From Eledone cirrhosa (taxonomy: Eukaryota): DNA of 64,000 bases. The stretch spans positions 223,758,001-223,822,000 of the forward strand of contig OZ024743.1 in assembly GCA_964016885.1 (NCBI GenBank), written 5' to 3'. The translations under genes and the position numbers were made by a program. This document shows positions 58,764-64,000 of this stretch, in pieces (position 1 is the stretch's first letter; each line of letters opens with the position of its first letter). The notes beneath the pieces were generated by a model that saw only the letters and a list, made by a program, of their open reading frames with translations, searched no databases and had not been told where the DNA came from.

Positions 58764-61700
58764 GTTTTCTCTTTCTCTTAATTTCGAGTATATTTTTTTG
58801 ACCGGCCACCTTCCTGGTGGCAAGGTTGTAAAAGAAAAGAAATTGTCATCCCTTGAATCGCAAGAATGTTTTGCATATTTTGAAGGTGCCAGCTATCGCA
58901 GCCATTTGTAGACTATGAATTAGGGAGCTGCGCTTTTTGTCCGCAAATCCAAGTTCGGTCATACTTTGGTCCAAGCGGGTTGGTATATAACCCGTAGCAC
59001 CAATAATGATGGGTATGAAGCTAAAGGTGTATCTTGGATACTGGATTTGTAAGCTCCTCATCAATGGTCCGTAGATGTCCTCCTTCTCCTGTATTTTTCT
59101 GACAACGTTTACATCAAGTGGGCAGCTGATCTCCACAACAGAACACGTTTTCAATGTGTGGTCCCAAACTACAATATTAGGCCGGTTGTGCTTTAATTTG
59201 GTGGCAGTTTTTATTTTCAGGTTCCACCAGTATTCCTTAGTGCCATCTGTCTCAATATATTCTTCCTCGTTTGTTGTTAATTTTGTTTTCCGAAGTGCGT
59301 TCCAGATAGTTCTAGCTATCCCATCGTGTCTCATGGGGAGGTAGTAGCGAGATGACATTCTTTCGCAGCTGGCAACAATGTGGCTTACATCCTCGATCTT
59401 TGTTTTACATAGCCTACATTTATTGTCAGCTGCTGGCCCTCCTCTTTTGTGCAGCAGATATTTGGTAGGGAGTTCTTGTTCCTGTATTGCATAGAGATAT
59501 CCCTCAAGGTGTGATGTCATAAACTTGTCGGAACTCCATGCCAGGCTTTTTGAGTGGTTTATCCCCTCTATGGTCTGTGTTTTACGCCTCAAGTATCCAT
59601 GCACAACTTTCTCTGTAAATTGGTCAATTTTTTTTTCTTGTTTGAACATTGAATAGGATCTTCCGATTTCTCTGGGTGAGAGATTTATATCAGGCTTTAT
59701 TCCATATCTCTCCTCCAGATCAGTCGCTATTCTAATGATATTTCTTTTTTCATGCTCATAAACCTGAGCAAGATGGTCGCCAACCTTTTTCCTCTGTTGA
59801 AGGTGTTGCTTCAGTGTTACTATCCGGGTCTCATATGTTGTTAATATTGATTTTAGACCCCGGCCACCTTCCTTGCGTGAGAAGTATAGCCTATCCACAT
59901 CACCATTGATGTTAAAGTTCCCAGTAACACTGAGAAGTTTACGAGTTCTAACATCCATCTCACTTAGTTCTTGCAATGACCAGTTCAGTAGGCCAAATGT
60001 TGGCGTTATAATTGGCACAGCATAGGTATTGTGGGCAATGTATTTGTTGTATGCTGACAGTTCTGATGACCATATTTTTTTTACTCTTCTGAGGTATTCA
60101 GTTCTGGTTCTCTCCTTATTTATGGGTCCATCATATCTGACATTCTCATCCTGTCCAAGATATCTGTAGTTGTCACCTGACTGCAGAGGTTGTATTGTCA
60201 GGCCGTTCATATCTAGATTTCTAGAGGAGGGCACAGCTCTTCCACGTTTTACTGCCAAATATGCACACTTGGACTCACCAAATTTCATTTTGATGTCGGT
60301 TGAAAATTGTGTAATGAGGTCCAATTGTTTCTTGATGTCATTGATATTTGGCCCATACAACTTCAGGTCATCAACAAAGAAAAGATGGGAGATACTTCTG
60401 GGCCCACTTCTTTGTCCACCTTGTTTCCTGAGTAGGTAAGATAGTGGATTCAGTGAGAGAGCGAAGAGTAGTACTGACAAGCTATCACCCTGAAAGATGC
60501 CCTTCTGGTAATGTATCCTATCAGTCTTAACCTGCTCCTTCTCACCTCTAAGGATCAAATTGGTGTACCAGTTCTTGGTCAGGCGTTCAACAGCAGCTAC
60601 TAATGGTTGTGGGACTTTAGCTAACTGTAAAGCCTTAATAATCCACCCATGAGGTACACTATCAAATGCTTTTTGATAGTCCAGCCACACGACAGTCATG
60701 TTTCTGCGATTCTTTGTTGTTTTTTCCTGAATCATTTTGTTAGTTAGTAGGTGATCTATGCAACCCCACACCTCCCTCTTTCCACCAGCTTGCTCAGGTG
60801 TTATGATGTTGTTGGTAGCACAGTGATCCTGTAAGAACAGGTTAAGGCACCCAGTATATAATTTATACATGATGTTTTGGCAGGCAATTGGGCGGTAATT
60901 TTTAGCAAGGGTGGTTTGGCTATTTTGGGGAATGAGGAGAGTAGTGGCAGTTGATAACCATCTGGGCAGTTCTTGTGTGCCCTTAATGGTTTCTGTAAAC
61001 AGCCGTATGAGATCTTGCCGATAGAAAGTGAAATTCTTCAACCAGTATCCTGTAATGAGGTCTGGGCCTGGCGATTTCCTATTCGACATTTTCTGTAGAG
61101 CTGTTTCCAGTATTGACCCATCTATGTCATATTGTTTTGTCTGGACATGTTGGCAGTAGTCCTGTTCCAGTTGTTTTAGCCAATTAGCTTGTCTGTTGAA
61201 TCCGTCATCCGTTTCCCATACAGATCTCCAGTAGTTCTCAACCTGTTCTTTTGAAGGGGTGTCGTTTACAGGGATTGAGCTTTTGCCACCGAAGCTGCGA
61301 TAAACTGATTTAGGATCTCTGGCAAACAATCTATTTAGCACTTGTCGTTTATGGGCTGTTGACTTATATTTTAGTCTTTCTGTTGTAGCTGTGAGTTGTT
61401 GTTTCAACTGGTGTAATTTGGAGTTCAAAGTTTTAAATTTGGTATCTCCAAATCGTCTCTCTAACTTTTTCTTTAGGTCTTCCTGGTGTCGTGTGAAGTT
61501 TCTCTCTATGTTGCATTTCATAACGACTGCGATGTGTGAGATACTTCGTCTCAGGGACAAAATTTTGGTTTTTAAATTTCGCATCCACGCTGGTTCAGGC
61601 TTTCTGTTTGTATCTTGATTGCGTGGTTTTAGATGTGTGTTATATGATAGCAATGTGACAGCTGAAACATATAACAAAACATTGAGCGTTTCAAATGTCG

Positions 61701-62257
61701 TTTCTACACCTTTAGATCGTATAGCCTTCAGATAATTGCCAGCTATTTCGTTCACCGCTTCCAATTCCAATTTAGTGGGTTCTTTACTGACTCTAGTGTT
61801 GTATGGTCTGTCACTCACATTAAGGCTGTGTATCTCTTGAAACATATCGTTCCATATCACTTGTAGGGTGCCCACAAGTTTTTGGTGCTCTGTTTGTTCA
61901 GTAGAGTCATGAATTGCAGCCTCGTTGTTGATGTGGTGACAATTACTACTAGAGTCAGCTGACCTTTCTCGCTGTTCTTCGGTGGAAGTGGGATGGATTT
62001 CAGCAAAATTGTTGGTGAGCTGTTCACTGTTAGATTTAGCCGGCCATTCTCTTTGTCTGTCAGTGGAGGTGGGGTGGTTGTCTACAAGGGCTGTATTTGT
62101 AGTATCACTCGATTCCGTTAGATGTATCAATTTACATCTAATGATACGTTTTGCCTGTTCATTTAGATGCTTTGGAGAAAAGTCTAATTCTGGGTGTTTG
62201 GAGTTCTATAAAGTTTTTAGCCTTTGCATAAAACCGAACTTTTGGGGTTCAGATTGT
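58764..62257 (-). mobile_element. R4/Dong-like non-LTR retrotransposon (RT + restriction-like endonuclease), 5'-truncated
   Basis: Inserted in (CATA)n at both junctions. Short 3'UTR ending in an A-rich stretch. The upstream in-frame motif GFMQRLKTL*NSKHP has a TAG at 62206-62208. Confidence 0.88.
58846..62130 (-). CDS. RT/RLE polyprotein of the R4/Dong-like element (1094 aa open frame)
   Basis: [42 protein letters not shown]; CCHC knuckle [14 protein letters not shown]; RHD; RPNIVVWD...VVEISCP...KEDIY. Confidence 0.88.
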   Translation of the reverse strand: MIHLTESSDTTNTALVDNHPTSTDRQREWPAKSNSEQLTNNFAEIHPTSTEEQRERSADSSSNCHHINNEAAIHDSTEQTEHQKLVGTLQVIWNDMFQEIHSLNVSDRPYNTRVSKEPTKLELEAVNEIAGNYLKAIRSKGVETTFETLNVLLYVSAVTLLSYNTHLKPRNQDTNRKPEPAWMRNLKTKILSLRRSISHIAVVMKCNIERNFTRHQEDLKKKLERRFGDTKFKTLNSKLHQLKQQLTATTERLKYKSTAHKRQVLNRLFARDPKSVYRSFGGKSSIPVNDTPSKEQVENYWRSVWETDDGFNRQANWLKQLEQDYCQHVQTKQYDIDGSILETALQKMSNRKSPGPDLITGYWLKNFTFYRQDLIRLFTETIKGTQELPRWLSTATTLLIPQNSQTTLAKNYRPIACQNIMYKLYTGCLNLFLQDHCATNNIITPEQAGGKREVWGCIDHLLTNKMIQEKTTKNRRNMTVVWLDYQKAFDSVPHGWIIKALQLAKVPQPLVAAVERLTKNWYTNLILRGEKEQVKTDRIHYQKGIFQGDSLSVLLFALSLNPLSYLLRKQGGQRSGPRSISHLFFVDDLKLYGPNINDIKKQLDLITQFSTDIKMKFGESKCAYLAVKRGRAVPSSRNLDMNGLTIQPLQSGDNYRYLGQDENVRYDGPINKERTRTEYLRRVKKIWSSELSAYNKYIAHNTYAVPIITPTFGLLNWSLQELSEMDVRTRKLLSVTGNFNINGDVDRLYFSRKEGGRGLKSILTTYETRIVTLKQHLQQRKKVGDHLAQVYEHEKRNIIRIATDLEERYGIKPDINLSPREIGRSYSMFKQEKKIDQFTEKVVHGYLRRKTQTIEGINHSKSLAWSSDKFMTSHLEGYLYAIQEQELPTKYLLHKRGGPAADNKCRLCKTKIEDVSHIVASCERMSSRYYLPMRHDGIARTIWNALRKTKLTTNEEEYIETDGTKEYWWNLKIKTATKLKHNRPNIVVWDHTLKTCSVVEISCPLDVNVVRKIQEKEDIYGPLMRSLQIQYPRYTFSFIPIIIGATGYIPTRLDQSMTELGFADKKRSSLIHSLQMAAIAGTFKICKTFLRFKG

Positions 62258-62366
62258 TATGTATGTATGTATGTATGTATGTATGTATGTATGTATGTAT
62301 GTATGTATGTATGTATGTATGTATGTATGTATGTATGTGTGTGTGTGTGTATGTGTGTGTGTGTGT
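62258..62366. repeat. (TATG)n/(TG)n microsatellite
   Basis: Direct reading; abuts the 5' end of the R4/Dong-like element. Confidence 0.95.
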
Positions 62367-62833
62367 CAAGTTGAGAAAGAAAAAATATAATTATGTACGT
62401 ATATCCAGAACGGCGAATGATAACTGTACTCACTTAAATGACAAATTCTCAGACGGCTGTTTCATGGAACTCAGAATTCGAAGTTTATAATCAATTTTAA
62501 TGACTGATATGAATCACCTGTTATCGATTTTGTAATAAACATCGCCAAGACCAACGGTAACATTTCCAATCAATAGTGAGCTTGGGGGTCTTTCCTATAT
62601 AAATTTCACATTCTACATTAAACTACCAATCTGTCCAAGCACAGCGCTAAAGATAAAAACACATGGTGCTTAAAAGAATAACGTCATACAGAAGGCCAGA
62701 TATTTGACAGGACTGGTCATAAAGAATGCTAAAGATAGCAGCCAAACAAGTCCTTATGTGACAGCTCCACAAATTTAAATATTTTATAAGCTATGCTCTG
62801 AATTTAATGTTCATCGAGCTTTTTACGTTGAGT

Positions 62834-62900
<67 letters not shown>

Positions 62901-62903
<3 letters not shown>

Positions 62904-64000
62904 ACAGAACCTTAAATCACCAAAAACCTGCCTAAATACAAAAACAGAAATTTTCACCAGTTGCCCACGCATGAAATCACACTTGCTTTCCAGCTCATAT
63001 AAACATAACTCACTTTCAGATACTTATCCTCCATAAACTCTTATGCTTCAATTTCCTTTACAGACTTCTCTTTCTGATTTACTTTCATTGTTAACTTTAT
63101 TTTTAATTTAATTTTATTTTTACTTCACATCCACCAGTAACCCCCCCCCCCCTACTTTTCGATTCACTTACCTAATATCTTCACATTCCACATTTTACTT
63201 CCCCATTTTCTTTCACTACCTGATAAAACTTGTCACTTGCGTTTTCCACTCTAGATATATTCTGTTGTTTCGCAGTCGATTTTATATTTGTACTCATTTA
63301 TTCATACGGCTGGTTTATAATCTGTATCTATGCGTCTGAGTGTGCATATGTGTGTATACGTTCTGTATATGTGTACGAACGCCTCCGTATGTGCGCGTGC
63401 GTACGTATATATATATGTGTGTGTATGTGTGTTTTTATATCTATGTTTTATTATATCTATGTTTTTTACATACTTATTTATACGTGTGTGTGTATGCGGG
63501 CGAATGTATGTGTATGTGTATGTATATGTGTGTATATGTATACGTATGTATGGGTGGGTATGTATATATGTATATATATATATATAGTCGCGTACGTACG
63601 AGTGATAAGATATACATGTGGCGATATATATATATATATATACGTGCCTCGTGTGTATGTATGTACGCATGCATGCGCTTTTGTCTGTACGTATTTGTGT
63701 ATAAATATTTATATATATATATATGTGTGTGTACGTTCGTACCTATGTTTGTTTTATTTTTTCTAGTGTTAATTGATTACTTTCTCTTTGATTTAAAATT
63801 TTTTTCATTCTCATATATTGTTTCATTTTTATACATATATCGAGAATGACATTTCTTTTTACTATTACACTCCCTTCCCTCTTTATCTTCCGCATATAAG
63901 TGACCGCCCGTGTGTGTGTGTTTATACGCGTGCTTTCATACTCGTATGTGTATTTAATACCTGTATCTGGATGCGTGTTAATTATATTATCTTACAATTT
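62901..64000 (+). mobile_element. Severely 5'-truncated PLE 3' end running off the window
   Basis: Begins at a (TA)n tract with LQNLKSPKTCLNTKTEIFTSCPRMKSHLL, similar to the PLE C-terminal LN.R.E..S.C motif (compare PLE-2 IINRRTDLFSICLH). Followed by a pyrimidine- and microsatellite-rich tail. Confidence 0.5.

Noticed and set aside
58846-62130. 1094-aa ORF as a host or domesticated gene
   Set aside because: Complete retrotransposon domain order, upstream stop, 5' truncation and microsatellite junctions.

Overview
AT-rich, microsatellite-saturated eukaryotic genomic DNA, probably from an octopus or other cephalopod (inferred from the SINE family and repeat landscape, not proven). One host gene is visible on the minus strand: a Cys-loop ligand-gated ion channel subunit of the glycine-receptor/GluCl-like class. 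Six coding exons (44024 to 15324) splice in frame into a 233-aa signal peptide plus ligand-binding domain with atypical agonist-site residues. The transmembrane exons were not found and probably lie left of the window. Introns and flanks hold at least five Penelope-like element (PLE) copies, a full-length decayed RTE LINE with a 12-bp TSD, an R4/Dong-type RLE retrotransposon in a (CATA)n tract, about 19 copies of one tRNA-derived SINE, MITEs and a 200-N gap. The main unexpected signal is about two dozen type I hammerhead ribozyme (HHR) motifs found by eye: 13 canonical, plus U4C, U3-A8 and GCAA variants. They occur in PLE 3' repeats, in long fold-back palindromes built from PLE ends, and in two tandem retrozyme-like families that share an octamer plus TATA-like module. 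Many are sense to the channel pre-mRNA. Most short ORFs in the track are microsatellite artefacts.
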